Shown one piece after another: positions 62,002 through 64,000 of a DNA stretch of 64,000 nt (position 1 is its first letter; the number at the start of each line of letters is the position of its first letter). Both the position numbers and the translations under genes were made by a program. The notes below the pieces were generated by a model that was given only the letters and a program-made list of their open reading frames with translations, was not told where the DNA came from and did not search any database. Origin of the DNA: Ostrea edulis. Its lineage: Eukaryota. The DNA lies in assembly GCF_947568905.1 (NCBI RefSeq), contig NC_079172.1, forward strand, positions 64,976,001 through 65,040,000, in the 5' to 3' direction.

Positions 62002-63148
62002 TGAAAGATGTAATCTCATAACTGCAACGGTGTGTGCATACAAATTAAATAACGCGCATTGAGAAAATTAACTAAATTTGTTTGCATACACCGTTGCAGT
62101 TATGAGACTACCTCTTAAAAACCATTGCCTCTATCATAAGATCAACTTCTCTGCCATCGAATGAGGTGCAGTTGTGTTGTTTGAGACGGGAATGGATAAC
62201 AAACATTTGTTTTCATTCTGCATGCGTGCACCGAGCACAGGAACTGGTGATTTTGTCTGTAGTAATAATAATAGTAGAGGTCTATATCATACCGCCCCCT
62301 TAATGAAAGGTAAAGATAACGAAAAGTGATCAATCTCATAACTCACATAGACAATACAAAATAGAGAGTTGGGCAAACACGGTTCCCTGAATATACCAGA
62401 GGTTGGATCAGGTAGGGTTATAATAATCATTTTAGAAGGTGGTATGGTATAGACCCCTACTATTATTAATTACAAAATAACTGGTTCCTGTCGGCTAATT
62501 GCAGACGACATGATAGACATTGTTCATATGCCTTACATATTTACAGTGATTCGATCCTTGCATTTATCAACAAATATCCTTCAAAATTCTCTCATGCATT
62601 TTATTTCAGGATTAAAGAATAAATAAAAATATTTATATTTTCATTCATGTTTTAAAAGGAAGTAAGCGATTAGGACGACGTAGAGTACTCTACACCGATC
62701 GCTTTCTGATTTAAATCACGGGTCACATGCCTGGGATGATATGATATCGTTCATTGTCGAGGACGGCAGCCATAGTGATAGTGCAGGTGAGGACTCTTGA
62801 TCAGTGTATTGGACCTATATACTATACAAGGAAATACAACAGGAGGGAATGCTGATGCGCGCTTGTTACGATCTCTGACATAATCCATTGTGTAGAAAAC
62901 ACAACTTCTGAAATTCAGTTCATTTTATATTCATTCTACACCAATCGCGTTAAGATTTAAAGCACGGATTATCTGCCTTGGATCATATGATATCTTTTGT
63001 TGATGTGGACGGCCGCCATTGTGATAGATTAGGTGAGGACTCTAGATCATCATACTCAAAGAGTGTATAGCAAAGACAACACACGGAAGTAATAATACGT
63101 GTTTGTTTCGATCTCTGACGTAATTCATTTCAGGAATCTAAAGTAAAG

Positions 63149-64000
63149 ATGGACCCTCACAACCGAGCCCAGGACGTCCTACGCTGTGACTTATGTGAAG
63201 AGAATGTGGTGCAGATGCACTGTGATACGTGTCTTGTCAAGCTGTGTAAGACCTGTGTAGGAGACCACATCTCATCTGATGAACGCGAGGATCACAAAGT
63301 CGTTAGATTCCAGTTCAGGAAATGCATCCCTGTGTATCCAACGTGTGCATTACATGATAGCAAGCGGTGTGAAATGCACTGCCAGCAGTGCACGGTACCA
63401 ATCTGTTTCATTTGCGCAACATCTGAGAAACATGTTGGCCACAGGTTTAGAAAAATTGTAGATATTTTTGATGAAAAGAAGAGAGAGTTTGAAAAAAAGA
63501 TAAAAGATATCCAAGAAAATATTCGAGTGAAACACGCGGATCAAGCTTCGAAAATGGAGAAGCGAATTGCGGATATAGAAAAGGAATTCACGATACTTCT
63601 AGACACTGTGTCTAAACACGGAGAAGAACTGAAAAGAGAAATTGATCAAATTGTTAAGGAGATGCAGTCCGAAATTAAGAGTATCAGGAAAAATCACATG
63701 GAACTGTTGACCACAAGAAAAACAGAAGTCCAGCAGAATTTGACCGAGATCGACAAGGAAGTGTCCTCATTAAAAGAAAGACTAGACTCTAACGACATTA
63801 ACAAAGTCTTCCATTTTACACCAAACAACAAGATTTACAAAAGTCTATCAGACGATCCCGTGCTGACGATGCCGGTTTTCTCTACAAAGAGGATTGACTC
63901 CGTACAACTCCGTGAAATGTTTGGAACACTTTCCGACATCGTAACAAAACCCACCGCTATAACAAAAGTCAGACTGATGGAAACACCGCTAATGGTCCAT
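63149..64000 (+). CDS. TRIM-like protein copy G (5' part, runs off the window)
   Basis: ATG at 63149, MDPHNRAQDVLRCDLC...; the frame ends in register at ...PLMVH at the window edge; missing from the ORF track because no stop is reached. Confidence 0.88.
   Translation, partial: MDPHNRAQDVLRCDLCEENVVQMHCDTCLVKLCKTCVGDHISSDEREDHKVVRFQFRKCIPVYPTCALHDSKRCEMHCQQCTVPICFICATSEKHVGHRFRKIVDIFDEKKREFEKKIKDIQENIRVKHADQASKMEKRIADIEKEFTILLDTVSKHGEELKREIDQIVKEMQSEIKSIRKNHMELLTTRKTEVQQNLTEIDKEVSSLKERLDSNDINKVFHFTPNNKIYKSLSDDPVLTMPVFSTKRIDSVQLREMFGTLSDIVTKPTAITKVRLMETPLMVH

Overview
AT-rich eukaryotic DNA, most likely a bivalve or oyster (inferred from a ~165-bp HindIII-type satellite carried inside Helentron-like elements and from bivalve-type SINEs). 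The window is a head-to-tail tandem array of at least 8 paralogous + strand genes with single-exon CDSs. Each encodes a RING-less TRIM-like protein: B-box1, B-box2, coiled coil, linker, NHL beta-propeller, about 540 aa. Copies are labelled 0 (1-432, 3' end only), A (5790), B (16244, pseudogene), C (22409), D (33919), E (43444, premature stop), F (53192) and G (63149, runs off the window). The spacers (4.5-10 kb) are duplicated with the genes and come in two types. They hold a dead mariner, a truncated hAT, a TTAA-flanked Kolobok-like element, Penelope-like RT fragments, tRNA-derived SINEs, Helentron-type HINEs, small MITE-like hairpins and several minisatellites (26, 32, ~36, 41 and 177 bp). 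Because paralogous spacers show both filled and empty sites, many insertions, deletions and repeat expansions can be read directly. The most notable signal is patchwork diversification concentrated in short NHL segments, together with a covarying change in B-box zinc ligands. No prokaryotic features and no CRISPR array were found. All comparisons were made by eye; no alignment or database search was run.
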